A stretch of DNA of 54,702 nucleotides, the filler included, from Catajapyx aquilonaris (taxonomy: Eukaryota): assembly GCA_000934665.2 (NCBI GenBank). It is 3 parts of 3 records of this genome, joined end to end, with 100 filler letters (N's around TTAATTAATTAA, not from the genome) between each part and the next. Parts side by side here need not be neighbours in the genome. Positions count along the whole stretch, not along the records: positions 1 to 18,210 come from JYFJ02006756.1; 2 more parts are not named here. One strand, given 5' to 3'. Positions 1-15,617 of the stretch are shown here, one piece after another. Numbering within the stretch: the first letter of the stretch is position 1; each line of letters starts with the position of its first letter. The notes under the pieces are model-generated. The model did no database searches and was not told the origin of the DNA. It was given only the letters and a program-made list of their open reading frames with translations. The translations under genes and the position numbers were made by a program.

Positions 1-154
1 ACAGCGTGCTTCCTTTGAAGATCAGTCAATCAACTGTTGGTTTGTTTTGTCGCCGGTATTCCTTCGGTGCGAATAATGTTTTCAAATCAGTGTATGCTAC
101 AAAGCGTACAAAAAACATAGGGAGAAGAGTCTTGTCGTGGCTTTCCTAACTATT

Positions 155-157
<3 letters not shown>

Positions 158-227
<70 letters not shown>
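158..227. repeat. (TAA)n microsatellite
   Basis: Uninterrupted ATA/TAA trinucleotide run; it explains the poly-Tyr ORF 146..364. Confidence 0.97.
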
Positions 228-230
<3 letters not shown>

Positions 231-265
231 TAATATAATTCTTGTGTAGTGCCTGACCCTATATA

Positions 266-3250
<2,985 letters not shown>

Positions 3251-3295
3251 AATTATAGTATATAGGGTATGCGGCACAGACCTTTATTGTAACTT

Positions 3296-3535
3296 ATGTA
3301 GTACATAGACCATATTTTTGAAATGCCCGGGCCCACGGGCAGGATGACAGGAGGGGATGTGCAAGGTGCAATGAAATGTCTTAAACGTGGCCATTTTTAG
3401 TGAACGCCCCCGGGTGGTTTAGTCTGTTGGAAATACCACCCGAGACGAAGCCAGAGGTTACCCTGAACTCTGCACGAGATGAAGGGGGTGTCCCCGGGCT
3501 GGGATCGAACCCGGGACCTTAACATTCGTGGCCTT
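3296..3535 (-). mobile_element. tRNA-derived SINE (same body as 42864-43116)
   Basis: Reverse strand has the B box GGTCCCGGGTTCGATCCC. The body (GGGTGGTATTTCC...AAACCACCCG...GTTCACTAAAAATGGCCAC...CATCCCCTCCTGTCATCCTGCCC) aligns to the copy at 42.9-43.1 kb. Confidence 0.8.
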
Positions 3536-3629
3536 TCATCTGATGATAGGCCATACCCATGCAGTGATTGTGACGAGAGGTTTGCCAAAATGAATGGTTT
3601 AAAAGAACACAGGATTGTCCATCTTGATG

Positions 3630-3960
3630 TGAGAGGCTTTACTCATGTGACATAATTAAGTGACAAGAAATTTGCTAGGAAGGATCACATGGAAAGTCAC
3701 AATAGGACTCACATACAAGAGAAAAGCCGCCATTCCAGTGCGAAGTGTGCGAAAAGGGTTTTTCTTCCAGTTCTAGTTACTGTAGGCATGTTTGGCTTCA
3801 CAAGGGATTGAAACGATTCCCTTTGCACCAGTTGTGGCAAAAGATTTGCATTTTCACCTGACTTGCAAAGACATATGTTAATTTGCTCAGGTGATACATT
3901 AAAAGTGTGGCTTGTGTCGGAAAGAATTCAACAACATGCAGAGGCACAAGCAAGTACCGT
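3630..3960 (+). pseudogene. Decayed tandem C2H2 zinc-finger array
   Basis: Across frameshifts it reads DKKFARKDHMESHNRTHIQEK / PFQCEVCEKGFSSSSSYCRHVWLHKGLKRFP / CTSCGKRFAFSPDLQRHMLI / KCGLCRKEFNNMQRH. Confidence 0.8.
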
Positions 3961-5736
3961 ATTAGGCAAGGCATTCAACTCTATAATAATTATGATCATA
4001 AAGGATATGTTTATTTTTCTTTACCTAGGTCAACTCACACTTTAGTGGAAATACTTGTATGCTTTTCACCATACCTTGTCATTAGCTTCATGGCTGGTTC
4101 ACAAAAATCACTGGATTTAGGAGCTGCAGGACAAATTTAGTTCCCCGAAAATTCAAAGCTGTTCATGTGGTTACTACTATCATTTGGTTTTTGTTAATGA
4201 TAGACGGCCACCACATTCCAATGATTTCATACTGTTCAGAACTAAAATGTGTCCAGATTGTCTAACACTTTTGTCATATTATAAAAATTATGATCCTGTC
4301 TTCACCTGCAGAAACAAGTGCCATTACCTGTGCATACAAGTGTTTTCAATGATAGTGTGCCCTCCAAACCTGATAAGGATGCAAAGGGAGTCAACACAAT
4401 GGGTACTTGCCACTGAATATTATAAGCAGATCCATGATTGTGAGACTCTTAGTCCATGTTTATTCTGCACTAATATGGAATATTATACACAGTTGACTGC
4501 ATGCACAATAAAAACAACTCATCCAGGCAGCATCCAGGTCAGTGGGTGCTAACTATAATATTGGTATTGACTTGCAGGCACATCAATTCCCCTCCTGCCT
4601 TCAATCTGCCCCAATATTATAACTAGACCTTCACTTGAATTATATTTTGGTTTAGTACAGTAGATCATATTGTTGTTCTTAGGTCTGCCAGTGTCACATC
4701 TGCTCCCAACTTGAGACATACGACATACACTATGCAATATTTTTGTGGCGTATATTGGTAGTGGTTTATTACATGTATATTCTTAGGATCCATTCTCATG
4801 TTATGATATTTTGTGTCTTCCTTGGTACAAACAAATACAAACACATCCATAAACACACAGACACACTCAACTTGGTATTTAGTATGTTATTATTATGGCC
4901 AGTATAAGCCCCCATTTTCAGATCCGATTCCACCATGTCTTTACTCATTGGTACTGATTGAATGATTGATAAATCATGTGAGAAGAATGAATTCAAGCTA
5001 AAGCAACTATGGACAGGATAAGTCAGAATTCCAGCTCAGTCTCCAGCCAGGGCGATCGGTGGCAGGTCTAAGTAAGAAACACCCAGTATATTGTAAGATT
5101 TTACAGAAAATTACTTTTGATAAGCAGAAGTGGGTCTCCACACCTCTGCGATGGTTTTCTCATACGATCTGGAAGTGCTGTGCCTAATGTTGCTGTTGAT
5201 GAAGTTGCATCTGATAAAAATATTGTGCGCCTGGATCTGGTAACAGAGAATTGGCCTAAACTACTGGGACTTGATGCAAGGTGCAAATAAAACAATTCTT
5301 TTACAATATGAATATATGAACGGTAAAGTCTACCATTTATTTGGATCAAAGAAACAAATGCCTTTTTGATACACTCCCATACAGTCGGCTACACGTGAAG
5401 TGAAATCTGGCTTAATAATAGGCTAGAGTATGTTTGTTGTTGTGGGTAGGCTTTACCTTGTCAACTGTTGAACTACAATATACCTATGATATATGAAAAA
5501 CAACCAAAAACTTGCTTGGAATTCGCAAGATTTGTAAATGAAGGCAACACCACCTGGCCATTCCAGCCACCATTATACAGCTACTTGAATATGTAAATGG
5601 AAATGTAAAAAATCTCCAACTGACTGGGAAAAAAACATAACTTACATAAAATGGTCAGTTAGAACAAAAGAGCTTAAACGTATGTCACCCTCTTCGCCTC
5701 AGCACAACGCAGTGTGTATTGTACTTGACAGTTGAC

Positions 5737-6054
5737 TCATTCCCATTCAGCCACTAGCTGGCGGCATATGGGGCATGTGCGGTTTCCATAGTTGCGCTCC
5801 AGCCAATTCTTGATGCAAGCTACATGGAACACATGGGAGCAGGCCAATTTGCACACGAGGGCTTCAGGCTGATACTCAGTGTAGCACACGGCGCACTCCT
5901 CGCCTTCTTCCAGGTCACCCTTTTTGTAAGACCATATCTTCGGATTGCCGAGTCCGAGAGCCTTCTTTATCTTCTTCATCACAACAACAAATGGCAATAA
6001 GATTGTAATGAATGGCATCAATTCTGCATCATTACCGTCATCGTTGTAGGCATT

Positions 6055-6088
<34 letters not shown>

Positions 6089-9000
6089 TCATAGTTGAAG
6101 TCGTTGAAGTCGTTGAAGTCGAATTCAAATTCGCGCTCTATAAAGACTTCCTCGTTGCTATCTTCGAACTGAAACACTATTCTCACGGCAATCAATATTT
6201 TCACAGTGCTGGTGACTGCCGCGACGGTGCCAAGGGCGAAAAGAAATAGGAATGAGTGTAAAATTATTCTATGGTGCATAGAACGAAAGAAAGAAAGTGG
6301 ACCTATGATAGATTCTGTATCATGGTCTTCTGAAAAACAACTGTCTGAGTCCTCACACACCACCTGCACCTGTCCGATCATGGTTTCTAGAACAATGGAA
6401 GCCATGTTGTAAAGAAGGAATAAAGCGACAACCTGGATTATTGCTCGCAACCATCTGAAAGACAAAGAGAATGCGTTATGTTAATTAATGGTTCACTAGA
6501 ACTGGCCTATACGAGTGATTAATATCAGAAATATTTGGTCTGTCAAAATTTTAATAAACAACAAGATTGACCAAAGAGGTTGGGTAAGGCACACATTTTG
6601 ATTTGTAATCGTAATGTAAGCTAATAAGACGTTTTTCGTGTTCAGATCTTGAAAGTACTATCGGATTCAAATAGTTTTGGCCACTTTATCCTGGTCTTGA
6701 AGCAACCCTTCGCTCAGACCCCACGTTAAGTAGATGAGGGTGTGTGACGGGTTCCTTCAAGGCCAGGATAAAGTGGCCAAAACTATTTGAACCCGATAGT
6801 ACATATTCGTGAGTGACATGGCAATTTTTGGACCCAAAGAGAGGAGTTCCTGACTCATTACGAATATTTAGGGCTAAATCAGTGCTGGTTTCCAACCTTT
6901 TACAAACTGCGACCCCCTAAACATGTTTCCATAAATGTGGACCCCCCCCCTCCTCCCCCCCCCTCCTCCCCTCCCACGGTCCCTCTACAACTGCCCCATT
7001 TCCAGAAAACATACACTACCATATGTACGGCCGCAAAAATGGTTCAATTGACAATGAAATTCCAAAGAAAAAAAAGTTGAACAAAGGCTCTCGACCCCCC
7101 GCGACCCTGCCCGTGACTCCCCTGTGGGTCGCGACCCCCCGGCTGGAAACCACTGGGCTAAATGGACTTCACCTGTCGATAGAGCAGACTGCAGGCTTTT
7201 CCGATTCAACTTCTCTGACGTGACATTAAAGGGGTCACGCACAGTAAAACAATGCCAGAATTTTAAGTTTTTAAAATTTTGTACAGTGTAGGTTACTAAT
7301 AATGACCGGTACCCTGATTCTACAATTTCACTAAACACATGAATGCATTTTAGGAGCAGAGACGGACTGTTAAAGTAAATATTGCTGCTGGAAATCATTT
7401 CTCCAGGGCATATTCCTGATGGATTAATAAAATATTAGATTAGTCAAAAGATTCTCTATAGTAACTTCAGAACAAATCTGTTTTGGGTGACCATTTTTCA
7501 CACATCACTGATTATGCCAATAAAGCTTCTCTATAAGGCTACGTTGCAGTAAGCCCTTCAATTTGTGCTGGACTAGAAAAATTTATTACAGTATAGCATT
7601 TGATTCACACTATAACACATTATTATCGCAATGACTAACCTAATGCTGCGGCAATCAGGCATGAAGTAGGTAACGAAATCCAAAAAGGAAAGGACGATGA
7701 TCTGCAGGACCAAGGCGAAGAAGACTTTGGTTGTGGTCTCTTGTAATATCTTTAGAAAATAGTTGAACGCGTTCAAATTGAGCAGCGCTTCTGGCTCATG
7801 CCCATAAATACGTCCTCCATCAGGTGTAAAAGCAACATAGGCAGGCAGCAGGTGGATGATTTCCGCAAATATCTCTCTGATTTCTTCCTCTTCCGAGGAT
7901 GTGACTTGGTAGACTGCAAAGTTGATGTCGGGTCTAGCAAGGCTGAGACCTTGCAGTAGTGTTGGGTGTTGATTAATGCTGGTCAGGTAAAGGACATGGG
8001 TAACCATTCGGCTTTCTAATGATGCGTGGAAGAAGTATTTGGTTTTCTCAGTCACTTCGTTCCAATATTCAGTCAAATTCTTCACATTTCGCACTCTGGA
8101 TCCAGTCATCTCCCGTACCCAGGCTACCACGGAAGGGACTCGGATATCATTGCTTTTAAAAACCCTGTACGACATATGATCTGGATCGAAGAAATAGATT
8201 TTCGTCTTCTTCATGTGTGAACTGCAATGGAAAAGTCGAACATAAGCCAAATATCAGGAGAATTCAAGCACTGCACTGAGGGAATTCATCGGAAAGCCTT
8301 AAAGGCTACAAGGTCACAGGTCACCGTTAAGAAATGAGGAGCAATCTCAAGGGTTAAATTCATTGGCTCAACAGAGGAAAGCAGGTGTTTGTTTAGTATG
8401 CACCATTTTTGATAAATTGTATTTTTAATGAGAGTAATAGTACATCATTTGACATTCCTGTATGAAAACAGCAGTTACTGCCACAGAGAGGCTTAGCTGT
8501 CTCCAGCACTTGGATGGCAATAGCTGGCTGGATTAGTCCCTCCTATATCTCTCAAATTAAAAGTTGCTTTGATCCCAGGATCTATTATGATGCTATCACG
8601 TACAGGAGTCCACTGCTGTCAAAATAGGAGGGACTAAACTTGTAGGATACTAATACAAGTCTCCTAATTTCCCCTCCTCTCTCTACCCACAAAGCTCGTT
8701 TTATCTATGCCTCTTTAACACTTTTTCTATTTAATTCTCCTCTTTAATACTTTTTCTATCTTTCTCGACTTTCACCATAAATAAATAATTTAACGAACTT
8801 TTTAAACCTCTTTGATTAACCTTACACTATACAGGGTGAATCCGATCCCCACTGACAGCCATGTACAGTATCAATGGCATAATGGGCACCAGGGGATCAA
8901 TTAATGTAGAGGAGTCATCATGTCTAGGCCGCCTCATTACGGGGATAATTGCCTTCAAACATGTAGTACAAAGTATCCTGGCAGGTATGTAAACCTTCAT

Positions 9001-10374
9001 TCAGCCACCAATCACATCGCAGGGCACAGTAGCAGCTACTGTCATTGAGCGACAAGTAAACTGCGATTGGGTTAGTCACTAAGGGTTCTGAGAATGCAGT
9101 CCCCCCTAGCAACAGCACTCAGCACTGCTATTTGACAATAACGCTTAAGCGCAATCGCTACTTCGCAAATGATCGTTCATCTTCGTAATGAGGCGGCCTA
9201 GACATGATGACTCCTCTACATTATCCCCTGGTGCCCATTATGCCATTGGTACATGGCTGTCGGTGGGGATCGGATTCACCCTGTATAATTATAGGCTACT
9301 ACTATATAACCTTGGTAATATTCACCTTTTGCAAACTTCGCAACGGGGAGTTTCCGTTACCATCATACCTAGGGGGGCGACTGCAGCAGCAACTCTGTCC
9401 CAAGAAGCGGAATCAAAGATATGCTGACCATCGCAGCCTATTCCTTGAATCAACCACAGGATGTTGTTCCCCTCCATTTTCCTCAACTTATCATAAGTCA
9501 TCAGCTTGGATTTTGGAAATTGATTTGGTCCGGAGACTATGCCATTGATGTAATCTTGTTCGTCCTGACGGATTTCACCTTAAGAGAAAAATAAACTTTC
9601 ATAAGATTAGACATCGCCTTACGCCTATCACATGGCGTCACCTTTGTTGCCATTGTCTGAGCAACTTGCTTAGAATATGCCATTAATTATGATGTCATTT
9701 GGACCTTATAAAAATCAGAAAGCAATATTGAGATCTACATTAGAGGAAATCTGTCTTGAGTACTGACATTATGAAAAGATGGAAGCATATGATACCAAAT
9801 TAATAGCCACAAAATATTATTCATATTAAAATAGTAGCTGGCCACTGCTAGCACCTGTCTTGTTAACAATAAATTATTATTATCAGTTGCAATTATAAAT
9901 ACATAATTTTTAAGTTTTCTCCTAGTCCGGAAATTCAACTGATGAGCACAATATACTGCAGTATACTGTAGTTTGTTCTTAGGTCTCTCGTGTCCATGTC
10001 AAAACGAGTCGTTGGTTTTTGAGATGATTTTATAATATGTCACAAATAAATCTGCCATCGCTCTAGTTTAATGTAGCCTACTTTCCTTTCTCCAAAATCG
10101 CAAGGCTAAAAAGGTCCAAACAATTTGCGGTAGTTAATAATATTGATTCCATCTTACCAGAAGTCTTCGCGAGTTGGGCCAAATCCTCTGTAGTCTGATT
10201 CTCACTATAATAGATCCCCCTTATGTCCAATAGATATTGAAGCTCCTGCTTGTCCAGGAACCAGGGAGTCACCGGTGTCATGGGAGACCTCCATGGCCGC
10301 ATTTCCACCATGCACGCTAAGTAGAGCCCCGCCAGGAGCATGGCAATAAAACCCAGTTTCGAACACATCATCAT
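5737..10374 (-). CDS. RNF103: RNF103-like membrane RING-H2 E3 ubiquitin ligase; coding exons 10374-10158, 9578-9326, 8221-7640, 6454-5737; 589 aa
   Basis: GT-AG junctions with compatible phases (1,2,2); exon lengths 217+253+582+718=1770 nt with no internal stop. Motifs match RNF103: N-terminal TM + LQYLLDIRGIYYS..LAKTSG; ILWLIQ..SWDRVA; VVAWVREMTGSRV; LPAYVAFTPDGGRIYG; TM helices; C-terminal CAVC-x14-CSHVFHVACIKNW..CPICR. The sequence is divergent, so it could be a paralog. Confidence 0.85.
6036..6121. repeat. Coding low-complexity repeat (poly-Asp and (DFN)3) in the last RNF103-like exon
   Basis: (TCG/TCA)n run and three GTTGAAGTC units. Confidence 0.9.
6658..6799. mobile_element. MITE with TA TSD (Tc1/mariner-like), copy 1
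   Basis: ~50-bp TIRs CTATCGG.TTCAAATAGTTTTGGCCACTTTATCCTGG, flanked by TA; second copy at 11404-11545. Confidence 0.9.
6880..7155. mobile_element. Non-autonomous Buster-type hAT MITE
   Basis: Ends CAGTG...GGAAACCACTG; perfect 8-bp TSD GGCTAAAT (6872-6879, 7156-7163) fitting NNNTANNN; GCGACCCC motifs. Confidence 0.92.
8832..9283. mobile_element. Tc1/mariner-type MITE (CAGGGTG ends, TA TSD)
   Basis: TA-CAGGGTGAATCCGATCCCCAC...GTGGGGATCGGATTCACCCTG-TA with ~100-bp imperfect TIRs; related to 50590-51107. Confidence 0.92.
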
Positions 10375-10759
10375 TGCAAGGGCTGTGGTCCATCTCTGTA
10401 AAGAATAAATTTCAGGAAGTAAAACACAATCTCTTTTACCATGTTTGAATATCTTCAAAACCATTTTGCAGGGTGTAAATAAATTAAGTGTAGTAAGTCA
10501 GGGAACAGAGCCACAATTTCAAGTTCTTTCAATAATTGAATCATTTACTTGACACGCTCGTTAATAAAAAATAACTTCCGTACTTTTTAAATTTCCGGTT
10601 CCTGAAAAAGTAAGTAGGCCTACTGTACCCGTCATTTTCTGACACTTCACATAACCCAAGAAGAGTGTCGAATAGATGCAGATTGTGGCAAGTGCCACAA
10701 CACCTTGAGGTTGTTTTATTGATATCATGTCGCGTTTTCTTAGGCTGTTATTGCTGTTG

Positions 10760-11040
10760 TTGTTACTTCAGTGGGTACATGCGTCGTGGCCACATACGGG
10801 GCCCTTTTTGCCGTCACACGATAGTATAATAATCACTAAGCAATGAAGGATCAGGAAAGGAAAAACGCTTTAGTACAAACAGTATCATAAGGGGAAGAGA
10901 GGTTTTTGGAGATTGGGAGCAATCAGAAGTAACCCACGTGAACACGGAGATAAACTACTCACAAAACACTTTCCACATGATAATTCCTCTGCCTGACTCG
11001 GGGATCGAACGCGGGATTGCAGAGGTGACAGTGGCCTCTA
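10760..11040 (-). mobile_element. tRNA-derived SINE with V-SINE-like central box
   Basis: GGGGATCGAACGCGGG (B box, reversed) and AACCCACGTGAACACGGAGA central motif; boundaries approximate. Confidence 0.6.
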
Positions 11041-11212
11041 CTCGTACATCCCTGACAGAAAAGATGAATGCTATTACACAATAATTTTACAGAATGCAAG
11101 ATTTTCTGGGCTATGTTGTTTGGTAGTGCCAAATGCTTCTTATAATGCTGTCAGATGTGCTGATTCCGAATGTGACATTAGTTTTCCTCTCGCACCTGCA
11201 CTATACGTATTA

Positions 11213-11395
11213 AGGCCCATTCACACAGGCCGTCGACGGTTTTGGTTTTTGGTCGCGTTGACACCGCGGACCAATCATGAATCATGTAAACAAGCACAAC
11301 CCATTGTTTAGAGCTTGTTTACATGGGTCATGATTGGTCCACGGTGTCAACACGACCAAAAACCAAAACCGTTGACGGCCTGTGTGAATGGGCCT
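11213..11395. mobile_element. PIF/Harbinger-type hairpin MITE
   Basis: AGGCCCATTCACAC...GTGTGAATGGGCCT with ~85-bp arms; TTA TSD on both sides. Confidence 0.92.
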
Positions 11396-11403
11396 TTACA
11401 TTA

Positions 11404-11545
11404 CTATCGGGTTCAAATACCTTTGGCCCCTTTATCCTGGTCTTGAAGCAACCCATCGCACAGACCCCACGTTAAGGAGGTGTGTGTGAGTGAAGGGTTG
11501 CTTCAAGACCAGGATAAAGTGGCCAAAAGTATTTGAACCAGATAG
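11404..11545. mobile_element. MITE with TA TSD, copy 2 of 6658-6799
   Basis: Same TIRs and same internal CAGACCCCACGTTAAG. Confidence 0.9.
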
Positions 11546-12152
11546 TACAGTGTACTCCAACTTTTAAATGTTGCGACTGACGCCAAATGCATAGGCAGAC
11601 TCTCTCACATCCACCTATACTCAATAGTGGCATTGTTGCCCTTAGATTATAACCTTAGCATCATTTCGGGGATTGTGGATATATGGATTTTGTTTCATTT
11701 GTAACATACCGTACTGTTTTATACTGTATTGTTTTTTTTTGTTTTTTTTTACATCTGCCCTGCACAGGATGGTGAGTGGATCTCTGACACACTTACTTTA
11801 GGTAGAGCGATCCATTGGTATATTTTGAGACCAAAAATACTACGTAGGTTCCTACGCTGTTTTTTTGAAATTGAAGCCCATTATAGCATCCGACGCGACG
11901 GCAATTAATTTCTGATTCTGTTACACAGGGTTTCTAATTGATAACCATTCAAAGTAATAATTATTCAACAGTGACTTCTTAATAATAAGCAGCTAGTGGC
12001 AAAATTGCTAACTGCTACTGACATTCACTTTCAGCTGGGGCATTGTGTTGAGTAGGGAATATCCTATGTTCACACCAAACGTCTATCAACTCTGCTTGAC
12101 AGGTGATATGCTTACAGGCTGTTATTGCAGCTCCAATAACAAAATCGTAATT

Positions 12153-12399
12153 GAAGGGCTCTCTGCAATAACCAGGTATGGGGACTTAGGACTTTTTCCA
12201 GAGCTTTAAAGCGAAAAGCATATAAACCAGGTAAGTCCACATACCTGGTTATTGCAGAGAACCCTTCCAGGTAAGGGTTCTCTGCAATGTGGGCAATGTG
12301 TAGTACTGTACCAGTCCTGGTTTATAGGCTTTTCGCTTTAAAACTCTGTAAAAGGCTCCTAAGTCCACAAAATTATCATGTTATTCCAGAGATCCCTTC
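12153..12399. mobile_element. MITE with AATT flanks (possibly Sola-like), nested in an older inverted-repeat element (~11829-12482)
   Basis: AATT-GAAGGG...CCCTTC-AATT; internal inverted repeats TTTAAAGCGAAAAGC/GCTTTTCGCTTTAAA. Confidence 0.7.
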
Positions 12400-13079
12400 A
12401 ATTGTCGTCGCATGCTGTAAGTAGCCTATGTGTTATGCTTCAATTTCAAAATATGATATTTACGTAGTAGCCTATTTTGGTCGAACTGGAACTGCAGCAA
12501 CTGTGGAACTTACTGACCACCATGTATAAACATAGTTGCTAGTAATAAATTACACATCCCAATAACTTTAGCAAAGGCATAATGCATAACCATGCAAGAG
12601 TTGGTTAAATCAATAATTGTGACACATCATCAATCCTTAAAAAATGATATTATCAAGACCTCAACACAAGCTAAGTTGCACACTTATTTCGTCAATGATG
12701 CGTTACAAAGAGGTCATAATGAGCACAAAATCAACGCTGACCATGACATCATGGTAATTAGTAGGTTCCAGTGAAACACCGGTCAAAATATTTCTATAAC
12801 TGGAAGCCTGTCTGATTACGCCTGAATGCTGGGGGGGGGGGGGGNGGTGACATCGTCGAAGTGCATAGTTGGCATTTTGGTCGTGCGATCGGAAATAGGA
12901 GTGGATGGTAGTACAATGCTAAGATGTCGGGACTCCAAGAAATACCTCGCGTACCGGGAGCAGTTTCTTCGAGGACAATGGGGCCTGAGACAATGCGTGC
13001 TACATACGTATACTGGCTGACACTGGAGATGGAAAGAATGTGGTGTTTCAGAGAGTGTCTGGTCCACGTTGCTTTTCCT

Positions 13080-13453
13080 CAATATTTTTTGTCTGGAATT
13101 CTATACTCTTTAAGAACACTTAAAAGACAGTTCTGCTGACATATGAAGACTTCCTTTGCAGAACGATCTGTGTCACATTGGTATGATTTGTAGAAATGAA
13201 GATTAACTTGTGAGGTCATTTCTATTATAACCTTTCCCTTATGTTTTGAACTTAGCTGAAATAATGGCATTCGCAGTATGCAGATACGTAATGGCGGCAG
13301 GTGTGGAGTACTGGGTGTTGGCCCTCTCTGGAATCAAAGTCCAACCTATACCTACGCTTTGCTGATCCAGGCTAGTTTTATTAGTGTCAGACCTCGGAAG
13401 ATAAGGGCCAATAGTCTGAATATGAGACTGGCCATGTCTTCAATAATTTGAAC
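13080..13453 (-). pseudogene. Decayed exon(s) of an unidentified protein, paralog of 16430-16798
   Basis: Reads VQIIEDMASLIFRLL-PYLPRSDTNKTSLDQQSVGIGWTLI; differences from the other copy include many synonymous third-position changes. Confidence 0.6.
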
Positions 13454-14139
13454 CCGTAAAAATGATATGGCGAGGGAAGTAGGTAATAGGAGCTCCTCTT
13501 TTACAAGTATTAGGCTAAAGGTCAGTATTATCAGAGAATCAGACCGTGGGAAGGTCTTTTTGCTAGTCAGGCACATCGTACAGTATTAGCTACTTGTGAA
13601 GATTTTTAGGCTAACTTATATGTTTTCTCTCCCTCTCTTTATGGCGCAGAAATGTCTCTACCAGGATTGGATTAACTGCCAGTTTTCATGATCGAAGTAT
13701 TTTAATAACAGCTGGTTCTTTTGTGACACATAAAACAGGTTTAACACGCCTAGAAACACAAAACGACGCGACGCGACGGTACGATTTTTTGTCTTAATTT
13801 GACCCATTGCAATTTTGAGAACGGTGAGAATGTTGAGAATATTTGAGTCGGCGTACAATTCCGATAATGTGGTCATTTAATCTCGATGTGTCTTCATTTG
13901 AGTAGATCTCATTTTTTTGGAATTTTTATTAAAAAGGGGTTTAAAAGCAGTGACGATACTCTTATATTGCCTTGCCTTTGCTGCATGTAGGCTACTTACA
14001 CCGCTTGCTTTAGTATGCCATTTCATAATTATTAACTGGTGTCTGACGATTAATGCTACATGACAAAAAGCCCAGTTAATAATGATACAGTAATACATGT
14101 TACGACGTGATCGACCTGTAACCTTTCAGGGGGTCCTTT

Positions 14140-14272
14140 TGATTAAGGGATAAAACGCAAGAATCCCAAGAAACCCATGCGAACACGGAGAAGGAACCCA
14201 TCTAAACTATTTTCATATCCGGGGATCGAACTAGGGACTTCAGAGGCTGTGGCGCTAACCACTACACCACTA
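14140..14272 (-). mobile_element. tRNA-derived SINE fragment
   Basis: Reverse strand reads GTGGTGTAGTGGTTAGCGCCACAGCC (A box)...GTCCCTAGTTCGATCCCC (B box), followed by TCTCCGTGTTCGCATGGGTTTC. Confidence 0.75.
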
Positions 14273-15541
14273 TTATCCACAACAATGAACGATTATCCTG
14301 TAGCTTAGGCCACTCTGTCCACCCTGACCTTATTTGATGTCAAAACGTCGCATTTGAATGATGTGGCTATGAATGTTTTTTTAAAGTATCGGTATTACGA
14401 CAATCGAATAACACCCTGCTGTATGAATGCAAGTTAAAATCAGGCTAACTTCTATCAAGTAATCATATTTTAACACACACTCTCTGTAGTTGCTGGGAGT
14501 CGCATTATATGAGCGTAGCGTAGACTTAAATGTCTAGTTAACAAACGTCCTAGTTATCTTCAGGCCCCTACCAAATAGTTATCGCTGCTGACGGTTCCAG
14601 TACCGGTACTCAATTTCATGGTTCCAAAAGTTCACGTGACCTCCTCCAACATGGCTGCCATGGACAGCCGCTAGTACCTTTGGTATTTGAACGTCTTGTC
14701 CAAATTTTCGCACTAACCCCCTTGACACCTAGCTGGACCTAGCTTAGAGTAACCATAACGTGAAGCTAATCCTCCTAAAATAATCAAGACTAGATAACAC
14801 TACAAGTTGACTGTTACCGACACTTTCGTGGACACAAAAGCAACCGACTTAGAAAATAATAACGAAAGTTGAGTAAAGGTCCCGAAATGGCACTGGTCGC
14901 ACAATTCTAATTGTGGCCCGATCACGTTACACGGAACAACGTCGATGCTGTGGAAAAAGTTCATACTTACGATTTGCCAAATCTAGAAGAACTGCACAAT
15001 GCACTGCACTGGTTAGTGTCAACTGGAACACTGCGACCACAAAGCTGGTGTTGAGCTGGGGGTAAGGAGATGTCGTCGGTGGTCGGAGATGATCGGAGGC
15101 TGGCAGGTACTGGTGGTGTGGTGGCGGAGGCAAAGAGGGTGGGTGACTGGGCGGTACATGTGATGACTCAACCAATGACGTCGTACTCCGAGAAACATTT
15201 TGTGTAGGAAATAGTTTCTTCGGAAATAACAATGGAATCTGGAGACAATGATTTGGCTTACAACATAGCTTGTTGTTGACATAGGAAGAATGGGGTGGTT
15301 CCGAGAGCATGCTTCAACAATACGTGGATTTTCCATATTTCATTATGGAGATAATTATACTCTGAAGGACACTATATGTCAACCCCCAGTAGTTTTGCTG
15401 ACAAATGTAGGATTTCTCAAATGAACGGTGATCAATCTACACATCTTCCAGAAGATATGACATTTTTGTGATTTTCCCCTGAAAACACAGCGTGTTATGC
15501 CACAACCAAACACTGTACCAGTGGCAGCCAAGGACACTATA

Positions 15542-15617
15542 CGACGCCTAAGAATTATATTGTCGTATGTCCAATGGAAGTCCATTGGGCATACGACAAT
15601 ATAATTCTTAGGCGTCG
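15542..15617. repeat. Near-perfect palindrome / mini-MITE
   Basis: 37-bp arms CGACGCCTAAGAATTATATTGTCGTATG.CCAATGGA with a 2-nt loop. Confidence 0.9.

Noticed and set aside
4560..5400. Possible decayed coding region on the - strand
   Set aside because: Short ORFs with many stops and no recognisable motif; cannot be supported.
12940..13420. Resemblance to a Mononegavirales L protein (GPYL..., GSLH, FHLQC..CLRP) suggesting an endogenous viral element
   Set aside because: The conserved frame shared with the 16.7-kb paralog is PYLPRSDT, not PYLGxxT. It starts at a splice acceptor, and the other motifs need several ad hoc frameshifts.
14927..15362. Pro-rich - strand ORFs bounded by splice-like sites
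   Set aside because: No homology or consistent frame; could be a UTR exon but unsupported.
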